Assembly (NCBI GenBank): GCA_002269645.1
Contig: NIVC01000106.1
Location: 875,502-939,501, forward strand
Direction of reading: 5' to 3'
Length of the DNA: 64,000 bases
Origin: Macrostomum lignano
Lineage: Eukaryota
Part shown: piece by piece, positions 36,932 to 59,600 of the stretch
Layout of the letters: each line of letters opens with the position of its first letter
Numbering within the stretch: the first letter of the stretch is position 1
Position numbers and translations under genes: made by a program
The notes under the pieces: generated by a model
The model's database searches: none
Told to the model about the DNA's origin: nothing
The model's input: only the letters and a program-made list of their open reading frames with translations

Positions 36932-37208
36932 CAGGGGCGTCGCCGTGGACTATACGGCAGGGGAAGGACAGAGTCAAGAATCCTACCATGACTAAATTCC
37001 TACATTTATTGGGAATCGGTGTTGTTAGCACCCAAGTATTCATTTTTGCACCTCAGACACTTATTTTGGCGCCACGCGCCCTCTTTTTGGCGCCTTGAAG
37101 CAACATTTTTGATTTCCATAACGGGCCACATGGGCGACTGGGCGGGAAGGCAAAGCTTTTACTGGGGTGGGGGGGATGCCCCCTCTGTCAATAGTGGCGT
37201 CGCCCCTG
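36932..37208. mobile_element. Putative hAT-type MITE
   Basis: 13-bp TIR CAGGGGCGTCGCC with 1 mismatch; flanks GGCTGAGT/GGCAGAGA (degenerate 8-bp TSD); GC-rich island in AT-rich DNA. Confidence 0.6.
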
Positions 37209-37839
37209 GGCAGAGAGTATTGCAAGTTGCAAATTAGTTGGAAAAGCTTGAAGACTGCAAAGCAGGCGCACAAAATATTAATAAAAAAAACTAGGAATTC
37301 AATTAGAAGACCCAGAATAAAATTGAAAGTATAACTCACAAAATCTATAAAAAAACAGCACAAGTAAACCAAACGGAGATGTGGGAGCGAAGCATGGAAT
37401 TGAAACACAAACAAAATGAATTAGGTCTCCAAGACGCGGTTCAAAATTAAGTAATAAATTAATATAATGTTTTATTCGCATATCGAAAAAACAAAAGCAA
37501 ATCTTTTTGTAAATTCTCAACGCTAAAAGCTTATTTTTCTCTACTCAAAAATTTACACCATAAATTTGTTCGTGATCAAAGTTAGAAAATAGTTTTTTTA
37601 AAAATCGAATAACAAACAATACAACTGATTATAAAGTAATTGTATAGTGGCATATTAACTAATGTCATGCTATATTCTATCGAGTTGAGGGTGGACATTG
37701 ACAACCATAGCAGTTATTGTTTATCTTTAGAAGCAATGTGCATTGTATTAGGATATATATACATATAATACCTACAAGTAAAATGACTTTATACATAGGA
37801 ATAAGGTTTATTGCCTCAATACGGAATCACTAATTGTTA

Positions 37840-38240
37840 ATCTATTTTTAGAAAGTGTAAATTGCCACAACAGGGAATCACTAATAGATAATCTATTTTT
37901 AGAAACAGTGTACATTACCTTAACCCGGAATTGCTAACTGATAATCTATTTTTAGAAACAGTGTACATTCCCTCAACCAGGAATCGCTAATTGATAATCT
38001 ATTTTTAGAAACAGTGTACATTACCTCAACCCGGAATTGCTAACTGATAATCTATTTTCAGAAACAGTGTACATTACCTCAACCCGGAATTGCTAACTGA
38101 TAATATATTTTTAGAAACAGTGTACATTACCTCTGTGTGGCTATCATTGACTACATCAATTAGTCAATTGATAATCGATAATCTACTTTTAGAAAGTGTA
38201 CATTGCCTCAGCAGGAAATCGCTAATTGATAATCTATTTT
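37840..38240. repeat. ~59-bp tandem repeat
   Basis: CTAACTGATAATCTATTTTTAGAAACAGTGTACATTACCTCAACCCGGAATTG-like units, ~6 copies. Confidence 0.85.
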
Positions 38241-39320
38241 AGAAGCTTAACATTGCGCTTCTATGCATATTTTAAGAAACAGAAACCGATTTTCTGAACT
38301 ATTCTCGAATAACTGAGTAAAACATGCCAATATAAAGAAATTGCAAACGTGCCAGTGCACCAACAATATTTGCATGATATGCGTCTCTGCAGAGAAATTA
38401 AGAGTCAAAACCTTCCATAAAACCGCATTCCGTGAGTTGCTGAATGGAATTCGGCGAAAGAATGGTTGAAAAATGTATGCAACATATTTATGGACAAAAA
38501 AAACAAACTATGTAAAACCGGGTAGATTGCCCGATAGTCAAGAAGACAAATATAACAAAAAATGAAGTCTATTAAATAGCCACACTTAGGCTATGCAGCC
38601 GAGAGTATTTATCATTGCTCAATTGTTATTTAACATTGGGAACGCACCGAGAATTTTACTTTTGGCAGCCAAGTTGACTACTTACAGTAGTAAAGTTTGC
38701 TTTTGGAAATATAATAATTTTATACTTTACTTTGCACGTATTTTCCCCATATTTTTACTATAAGTAGAGTAGTCGATAAAGTATCAAAGTATTAATTTAA
38801 TAGAAACAATATAGTGTTTTTTCTACTTAAAGTAGAGAAGAAAGAAGAATTAAGTATGACAATTGTTTTTCGTAGTCTTAATTATTTCTGTCGTACGGTT
38901 TTTTGCATAAATTAATTACGCCTAATGGCTAGCAATACAAAAAGGAACCTTCTTGCTCATTAGGATTTTCTACCTCTACAAGGCCCGTACTGTACTCAAA
39001 TATTATGTACAATGTTATTTGAAGGCTTAAGACGACCACATGATTGCAAATTGAAGCAAATCCAAGAAGCAAAACAAGAGACACTACAATACCTTGGTCC
39101 TCGGCAGTTCCACTGTTAAATAAGCAATTATTATAATTATAATATAAAACCACACAAGCATGTAAAAAAGAAGATAAATACAATAAATTGCAGAAAAAAT
39201 ACAACTGAAACAGGATCTTGTCAGAAAAAAATGAGATTTTGTTTAGCAAATAATAATATTCATAATATAAATAGTCGAACACGGATACTGGCGCTACATC
39301 AGCCGCTGCTTGACAGCAGT

Positions 39321-50087
<10,767 letters not shown>

Positions 50088-53000
50088 TTACTGGTGCAGG
50101 CTGTTGTGCAAAGTTTTCAGGAACTGTGGCAAGAGTCTTTGTGGTGGAAGACATATTGCTGTTTTTTGTTGGACCTTTTTTGTTTGTTACTAAAAAATGC
50201 AATTGACAAATTATTAAGAGATAAATTGCTCTTATATAGAGCCTTAGCTGGCTAGTATTGAGTCAATCTTGTATTTGTAGCATGCAATAAAAACGAGGAT
50301 TTATAAAATTTGTAGACTTTAGTTGCCCAATAGGAAAAGATAAAGCCTTGAAGTATAGACAGGCCATATTTAAAAAAATATTTAAGTATCAGATTAAACA
50401 TGCCTTTTGAGGGAGTTATTTGTATAAATCACGGGGGCCGAGGGATTTATGAAAATAACTCCCGAAAAAGGCATGTGTAATCTCGTATAAACCATAGACA
50501 TAAAGACTTTACGGGATATTATTGAATATTACCAAATAAAATCCCGGAGAATGCAAATATTGTCACGGAGAGTCTTTATTTCTATGGATTATTGTATAAT
50601 TTAACTCAGAATTATATATTATATTAAAAATAGTAAATAAGTTATATTATTAACAACTTAAAGCAAATTTGAAGGTTAAGCCAATATGATAAGGTTTACT
50701 ATATGATTATTATGTAATAATAGGCATATATTAATGATATTAGTTATAATAAAATACTGTAAGCAAATAAATTTTTATTTGTAATAGCCAAGATGAAATT
50801 ATCTTGGAAAAATTAAGTAAAATAGCATATTTAAAGTTTTAATAGCATAGCATTAGAAATAGAATATAGCATAGTCTAATATAATGCTACATATATATAT
50901 ATAATAATAGTAACAATCAGAGAAAAACCTTGCCTTAGTTTAGTAATATATAGAATATAGCAATATGCAGAAATAAGCCACTAATACTAACTATGACTAT
51001 GCCATTTTATGCCACATAAATAGGTTGAAGGTTAATAGGCCTAATGGCCTACTAGGTAAGGCAAAACTTGCAAGAACTCATAAAAAAGGCATACACTATA
51101 AGCTTATGCCACTAGAACTTAGGCATATAGGCTTATCTAAAATCTGTAATTGGCTTAATGATAGTTTAATAGAAATAGAATGCTAATTATGCTAGCAAAC
51201 ATAGGCATTAGGCCTAATTATGCTTAGACAATTTCTTGCACTATTTTTTATATTTTCTATATTGAATTCAATCTTGTTTGACTATTCAAATTCAAAGCCC
51301 ATTTTCAAAATTTTGAAAATTTTTCAAAATGACCAATAAAGGCTGTCTCAAAATTTTGAGATTGAGATCAAGATCTCAGTGAGACTCTAATAGAATATAT
51401 GAATTGAGAAGTAGAATGTTATAAATGTTTAATGTTTAATGGGTTTAATGTTAAATACTATAAACCCTATGCCTTTGGTAAAACTACTAAAAAGCTTCCA
51501 AATACAATAATTAAATTAAAAATCAAATACTAATAGAGGCATACTTATAATAGCCTAATTTGTTATTACTTATCAACCAATCATGGAAATCATTAAAATT
51601 GATGACTAGCATTTTAATGTCAAATAAAAATGTACACAGACACAATTAAAGACAAAGTCCAAACCAGAAATTTTGACACTTCTTTACGACTTTAGTGTAT
51701 CTTCGGCATTAAAAGAGAAATGCCAGAACACAAGAAATGTACACCGAGACTTAAGTGTAATCATTAAAATTTATATAAAGAAGTGAATTCATACACAAAA
51801 TTTATACAAGGTTTATATGCTTGGAAGCTTGGAATTGACAAGTCCATGGGATGGCTAGCTAGTAGATGACGAAATGACTCCCTGGAGTGTGTATGCCAAT
51901 TAGGATGACGAAGGGACATAAATTTAAGTTAGGTAATAGACACCCTAGATGACGAAATTTCAGGTGACGAAATAGCAAATGATGAAATGGCAAATGACGA
52001 AATAACTAGGAACCTAATTACCGACATTACTGCTAGTATAAATAGGCCTACAAGAAGTTCTAAGATGGTAACTTTCTTAGGGACAATACCTACTTAATAA
52101 AAAATATAATAACCAGTAATAAAGTGTAAAAATCGAAGTCAGGAGCTATGACACATTAAGCTGCTGCTTCAATTGTGTAAGCACTGAAATTTTAATTAAT
52201 TTGTATTATGTAAATCATTCTACAGACTTTCTCATAAATTTATTTTTCGCGCGGTTCTATGAGTACAAGCCATAACAATTTTTTTTCATTTTTTGTGATA
52301 GATTCTTTGAAAATAAAAGCGAAGCCGATTGAGTTCTAACAATTAATTTTTTCTCTTACTTGCACAAGAAATTATCTACCAATACAAAAAATCAAACACC
52401 GTATTGAGACAGCCCTTCGTTGAAATAGTCTAGATACCTGGGCCTCTAGTGTGGCCCATGTGTTTCCCTCGTTCGTTGAGACATATAAATAGGTCCCTGA
52501 GTCCCTGAACGAATCCTACTACTAAGTACTAATGTCCAATATACTAAAAATGGTCTGCCGGTATCTATCTATGAGAAATAAAGTCAAGGAACCTTCTATA
52601 TAACGTTACCTGCTACCTAACGTTGATTTCAAATGTCAGCATGGTATTGTTTTATTGTCCAAGTGATCACTTGAAACTTAGAGCGCAGAAGCACCTTAAA
52701 CCTTTTAATCAGGTATACGCTTGCTTTTAAATTTACATGTGCGTTCGTACAAGCCTTAGAACTGCTTCAAACTAGAATTGAATGAAAAAACCATTTTCTT
52801 CCATTAGTTGACTTCGTCTTATTTTAATTAAGGTATGCTTGTTGTCAATTACGTAATCGTGTACCCTTGTGTAAATATAGATTATCCTAATTATCCAGCT
52901 ATTAGAAGGAACGAGTAGAAAGAGATTTAATTTTCTTACCCACCGACTTTATTGATCGAAATACATGTACTCGTACAAACCAATACTTGCACTAGCCGCG

Positions 53001-53345
53001 ACTTCTGGGTTGTATTAAAACTCTGGGAAGTGTGCTTAAGCTTCAAAGAATAAGGCACTCTACTCGAGTACTAGTCGCGGATTACTATATAGCTTGATTG
53101 AAAGCTTTAAATTGACGGATAATGTACTGACTTTATTGGCAATATTAGTGCCAACTAGGAAATAAAAATAATGACATCAAAACAGAAGTTCATGACAAAG
53201 GCTGAAATATTTTTTTCTTCCAAGAAGACTGGCAGCACGGCCAATATACGAAGCTTAACATCCGACTCAGTTCAAATTTTATTACTTAATCCACTCTTGC
53301 CATGCAATTTTAACAGATTATTTAATGGTCAGGACAGAGCGCCGT

Positions 53346-53956
53346 TCACTTATGCCCGTAGGACTCGATAATCTTCTGATACTTGGCCACGCGATCCTTC
53401 ACCTTCTCGGTCGCTTTGGCGCGCAGCTGACGATCCCGGACCTGACGCTTGTGAAAGTGAGCCGATTTCACTTTACGCCTGCGCTCCAGGGTGCCAATAA
53501 CGCCTTGGTATTTCCATCCGACCTCGTGCGACAGGCGGCCGAGCACGCAGAACTTGCGACGGGTCTTCAATCGGAGACACTTGAGCGCGGACGGCACTAC
53601 CTGACGCTTGGCCTTGTCGTAGGGGCTCGGAATGCCTTCGAACACTTTCAGACGGTCCAGAGCCTCGGCACCCCTAGCCAGCTTGTGCGGCAGCATACCG
53701 CGCACTGTGCGCCAGAAAATCTTGGACGGCGCACGGAAATGATAGGGCCGCGGCTAGGCTTAGTGTTCAAGCGTTTGCGCAGGAACTCGTGGTAGCGAGT
53801 TTTGTTGCGAAAGAACGACCCGGAGATGTTGATGCCCTCGCAGCGGACAACCACCACGCGCTGGCCTAGAAGGAGCGTCTTGGCTACGACTGCGGCCAGA
53901 CGGCCTAACAGGTGGCCGCGGGCGTCGATGATCAACGGGCTGGACTTGAATCCCAT
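53346..53956 (-). CDS. rpl13a: 60S ribosomal protein L13a (uL13), intronless, with a 1-nt frameshift at ~53746
   Basis: [39 protein letters not shown], then [42 protein letters not shown] in another frame. Adding one C to the CCC run restores a 203-aa ORF. Confidence 0.93.
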
Positions 53957-54069
53957 GACTAATTGGCTTGGAGGCCTTGCGACATGCAATTGCCGGTTTT
54001 TGTGCTAATTTAAAGATCGGTTGGGATATCAGAAAATCTTCTATACTTGACTGACAGCTTCAGGGAGAG

Positions 54070-54365
54070 TGAAGGCCTCAGTGATCAGCAATGAGTTTAG
54101 ATGGAGAGGGTGGAGACCTCAGATCAGCAATGAGTTCAGATGGAGAGGGTGGAGACCTCAGTGATCAGCAATGAGTTCAGATGGAGAGGATAGAGACCTC
54201 AGTGATCAGCAATGAGTTCAGATGGAGAGGATAGAGACCTCAGTGATCAGCAATGAGTTCAGATGGAGAGGATAGAGACCTCAGTGATCAGCAATGAGTT
54301 CAGATGGAGAGGATAGAGATCTCAGTGATCAGCAATGAGTTCAGATGGAGAGGATAGAGACCTCA
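54070..54365. repeat. 41-bp tandem repeat upstream of rpl13a
   Basis: GACCTCAGTGATCAGCAATGAGTTCAGATGGAGAGGATAGA x ~7. Confidence 0.93.
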
Positions 54366-54644
54366 GTTTAAACAAACTCATCCTAAATCCTTAACAGCAA
54401 AAAAGTAAATAAACAGGAAAATGCAGAGAGAGAATATGAAATTAAGACCATTATTGCAACTCAATAGGCCAGGCCATTAAACGTAGATTTTATACTTTAC
54501 AAGACATCATTCACAACGAGCTAATTATACGATAATGATTGGCAATAATAACAAATAGTAATTGGCAATTGAATTATAATATTTACCTGAACAATTGTAA
54601 CGGAGAAAAAATCAATAAAATGCAAATAACAATACACAAGTTGC

Positions 54645-56625
54645 TCAATTAGGCTACTGAGCTGGTCAATTAGGCTACTGAGCTACTCAATTAGGCCACT
54701 GAGCTGCTCAATTAGGCTACTGAGCTACTCAATTAGGCCACTGAGCTGCTCAATTAGGCTACTGAGCTACTCAATTAGGCTACTGAGCTACTCAATTAGG
54801 CTACTGAGTTGCTCAATTAGGCTACTGAGCTGCTCAATTAGGCTACTGAGCTACTCAATTAGGCTACTGAGCTGCTTAATTAGGCTACTGAGCTGCTCAA
54901 TTAGGCTACACAAGTTGCTATATTAGGCTACTGATCTGCTTAATTAGGCTACTGAATTAGGCTACTGAGCTGCTCAATTAGGCTACTGAGCTACTCAATT
55001 AGGCTACTGAGCTGCTCAATTAGGCTAATTAGGCTAAATTAGGCTACTGAGCTACTCAATTAGGCTACTGAGCTGCTCAATTACTGAGCTGCTCAATTAG
55101 GCTACTGAGCTGCTCAATTAGGCTACACAAGTTGCTATATTAGCTACTGAGCTCAATTAGGCTACTGAGCTGGCTACTGAGCTGCTCAATTAGGCTACTG
55201 AGCTGCTCAATTAGGCTACTGAGCTGCTCAATTAGGCTACTGAGCTGCTCAATTAGGCTACTGAGCTGCTCAATTAGGCTACTGAGCTGCTCAATTAGGC
55301 TACTGAGCTGCTCAATTAGGCTACTGAGCTGCTAATTAGGCTACTCTCAATTAGGCTACTGAGCTGCTCAATTAGGCTACTGAGCTGCTCAATTAGGCTA
55401 CTGAGCTGCTCAATTAGGCTACATAAGTTGCTCAATTAGGCTACTGAGCTGCTTAATTAGGCTACTGAGCTGCTCAATTAGGCTACTGAGCTGCTCAATT
55501 AGGCTACTGAGCTGCTCAATTAGGCTACTGAGCTGCTTAATTAGGCTACTGAGCTGCTCAATTAGGCTACTGAGCTGCTCAATTAGGCTACATAAGTTGC
55601 TCAATTAGGCTACTGAGCTGCTCAATTAGGCTACTGAGCTACTCAATTAGGCTACTGAGCTGCTCAATTATGCTACTGAGCTGCTCAATTAGGCTACTGA
55701 GCTGCTCAATTAGGCTACACAAGTTGCTATATTAGGCTACTGATCTGCTTAATTAGGCTACTGAATTAGGCTACTGAGCTGCTCAATTAGGCTACTGAGC
55801 TACTTGCTTAATTAGGCTACTGAGCTGCTTTAGGCTACTGAGCTAAATTAGGCTACTGAGCTGCTCAATTATGCTACTGAGCTGCTCAATTAGGCTACTG
55901 AGCTGCTCAATTAGGCTACACAAGTTGCTATATTAGGCTACTGATCTGCTTAATTAGGCTACTCAATTAGGCTACTGAGCTGCTCAATTAGGCTACTGAG
56001 CTGCTCAATTAGGCTACATAAGTTGCTCAATTAGGCTACTGAGCTGCTTAATTAGGCTACTGAGCTGCTCAATTAGGCTACTGAGCTGCTTAATTAGGCT
56101 ACTGAGCTGCTCAATTAGGCTACTGAGCTGCTCAATTAGGTACTGAGCTGCTCAATTAGGCTACTGAGCTGCTCAATTAGGCTACTGAGCTGCTCAATTA
56201 GGCTACATAATGCTCAATTAGGCTACTGAGCTGCTTAATTAGGCTACTCTCATTAGGCTACTGAGCTGCTCAATTAGGCTACTGAGCTGCTCAATTAGGC
56301 TACTGAGCTGCTCAATTAGGCTACTGAGCTGCTTAATTAGGCTACTGAGCTGCTCAATTAGGCTACTGAATTAGGCTACTGAGCTGCTCAATTAGGCTAC
56401 TGAGCTGCTCATTAGGCTACTGAGCTGCTTTAGGCTACTGAGCTCAATTAGGCTACTGAGCTGCTCAATTAGGCTACTGAGCTGCTCAATTAGGCTACTG
56501 AGCTGCTAATTAGGCTACACAAGTTGCAGGCTACTGAGCTGCTCAATTAGGCTACTGAGCTGCTCAATTAGGCTACTGAGCTGCTAAATTACCTGAATTA
56601 GCTACTGAGCTGCTCAATTAGGCTT
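54645..56625. repeat. 21-bp minisatellite with many small indels
   Basis: AATTAGGCTACTGAGCTGCTC units. Confidence 0.96.
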
Positions 56626-56646
56626 ACTAATGGCATAACACAGAAG

Positions 56647-59600
56647 TCAAGAAATTAATTTAGCCCTTTCCGCCAAGAGAAATTCTGGGATCTTTGCTGC
56701 GAATGTGTTCTGCTGATGCGGATGCTGTTGTTGCTGCTGCTGTGCGCTGGCTGCGGCAGCGGCAGTCAGATGCTGGTACAGCGGGTAGATCTCGCCAGCC
56801 GGACAGACCAAGCGGCCGTGAAATTCTGGCCGCCGACCGGAAGTGCCGAACGTACTCGGTCCTCGTACCAGTCTTGCACAGACTGATTAGATCGAACTGG
56901 CGCAGGTGGTGGCGCAGCAGCGCGCTAGCAACCGAGACCGCTTACTGACTGGTTCGGTGGCGCTGAGCTGCTGCTGCTGAGAGTCAGAGTCCAGCTGCTG
57001 CAGCCGGATATTGTCTAGGAAATTCAGACCAGTGGGCTGCGAGCTTAGCGGCTCCGGCGGACGAAACCTTCGCAGATAAGTGAGCACCTGACGAATCAAG
57101 GGCGTCAGTTGACGTACAATATTGCTGACAGATTAGTGGTTAAAGGTACTTTTAATTACACTCACTAATAATCATTTCTAATAACTAACAAGCATTAGTA
57201 ATCTAGCTTGGTGGATGTGTACACTTTAAGCGACATTGTCACACAACCGGCGAGAGGCATTGCTGCCCATTCTGCCGACTCCCCTGAGCAGGCACACAAA
57301 GCGCGCGGATACGTACGCAGTCATACGCACAGGCACACACTCACACAGGAGTGTGCAACAGCCTTAACTTTATTTATCGTTAGGCATGTACACTTCACTG
57401 CGCCTTGGGGGCTGGTCCTCAAGACCGTTAATTGCACGATCAGAGCCAAGCCGAGACTCTCCAAATTAATGTGACTGCACTGGGAATCGAGCCTGGGCCG
57501 CTGGCACACCAGAGCGCCGCGTCACAAATAATCATTCTTAATAAGCAATAATCAACCCTAGCACCCGCAATAGTTGGCACTACCAGCCTTAAAGCGGATT
57601 CACGCGCAGACCTGGGCATGGCCATCGGACACCAGGGCATAGCGGCACAGCATGGAATCCAATTCCATAAACAGCAGCCGGTACAGATCCTCCCGCCTCG
57701 CCGATCTGAGACTCCGATTGCTAACAGTAATAGGCTCGCCGCGAACTTCCATATCAAGAAACTTCTTCACCAGATTCTCGCACGCTTTAATCTCTTCATC
57801 GTCAAGAGATTCTTCGCTTAATAGGCTGAGCAGCGACTTGGCTGAACTGCTAGCCGACAGCAGAACGCTATCGTTGATAGTCAACGGCCAGTACAGAGTG
57901 CTCCGTTCCAGGTGTCGGACAGCTCTCACCCTGGGCAGGGTGGGATAGTCCCAGTCTCTCTAGCCGGAAACAATCTACTACGCTTCATCACGTCGCGAAA
58001 ATCGCTAGTCCTATAGTCTGTCAGCTTGATAGGGCAGCCGGCCGTGGGCAGGCAGCGGGACTCGGCAGCTGGCGGCAGCTCTTCTAGAAGCGGCTTGCCC
58101 GGCTCCAGCACGTGCAGGTAAATATCCCCAGCATGGCTAGCCAGCATGTGGGTGACGCGACGGGTATTGCTGCTACTATTAGTAGTAGCGCCGGGCGACT
58201 GTTGCTTGGACTCCAGCATGACAAACCGGCTCGGTGGGCGCGGAGAAAGTTGATCAGGCACACGGAGTGACGCGCGGTCACGTCGGCCGCGGTGACCCGG
58301 CAAACTCTGGCGCAGTTCAACAGGTCCACCTGGAAATAATCCCAGAGTCAGTGACACTTTTATCTGCCAAATCCTGTGTCAGTGACATTTTGAACTCCCA
58401 AATCCTGTGTCAGTGACATTTTGAACTCCCAAATCCTATGTGTCAGTGACATTTTGATCTCCAAATCCTATGTGTCAGTGACATTTTGATCTCCCAATTC
58501 CAGAGTCAGTGACATTTTGATCTCCCAATTCCCAGAGTCAGTGACATTTTAAGCTCCCAAATTCCAGAGTCGGGAAATGCCATCTTTGAAATCCCATAGT
58601 GACAAATCACCAGAAATCCCATAGTGACAAATCCACAGAAATCCCACAGTGACAAATCCACAGAAATCTCACAGTGACAAATCCACAGAAATCTCACAGT
58701 GACAAATCCACAGAAATCTCACAGTGACAAATCCACAGAAATCCCATAGTGACAAATCACCAGAAATCCCATAGTGACAAATCCACAGAAATCCCACAGT
58801 GACAAATCCACAGAAATCCCACAGTGACAAATCCACAGAAATCCAACAGTGACAAATCCACAGAAATCCCATAGTGACAAATCCACAGAAATCCCATAGT
58901 TACAAATCCACAGAAATCCCATAGTGACAAATCCACAGAAATCCCATAGTGACAAATCCACAGAAATCTCACAGTGACAAATCCAAAGAAATCCCATAGT
59001 GACAAATCCCCAGAAATCCCATAGTGACAAATCCACAGAAATCCCACAGTGACAAATCCACAGAAATCCAACAGTGACAAATCCACAGAAATCCCATAGT
59101 GACAAATCCACAGAAATCCCACAGTGACAAATCCACAGAAATCCCATAGTGACAAATCCACAGAAATCCCACAGTGACAAATCCACAGAAATCCCACAGT
59201 GACAAATCCACAGAAATCCCATAGTGACAAATCCACAGAAATCCCACAGTGACAAATCCACAGAAATCCAACAGTGACAAATCTACAGAAATCCCATAGT
59301 GACAAATCCAAAGAAATCCCATAGTGACAAATCCACAGAAATCCCATAGTGACAAATCCACAGAAATCCCATAGTGACAAATCCCCAGAAGTCCCATAGT
59401 GACAAATCCCCAGAAGTCCCATAGTGACAAATCCACAGAAATCCAGAGTGACAATTCCACAGAAATCTCACAGTGACAAATCCACAGAAATCCGATAGTT
59501 ACAAATCCACAGAAATCTCAGAGTGACAAATCCACAGAAATCTCACAGTGACAAATCCAGAGAAATCCATAGTGACAAATCCCCAGAAGTCCATAGTGAC

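Noticed and set aside
53740-53750. Programmed ribosomal frameshift in rpl13a
   Set aside because: There is no slippery heptamer or evident stimulator; a homopolymer indel is simpler, and neighbouring INTS13 shows similar indels.
53325-53795. 156-aa plus-strand ORF; similar antisense ORFs over HACL1, MARK, Rab and the 185-aa gene
   Set aside because: Antisense shadows of GC-rich real exons.
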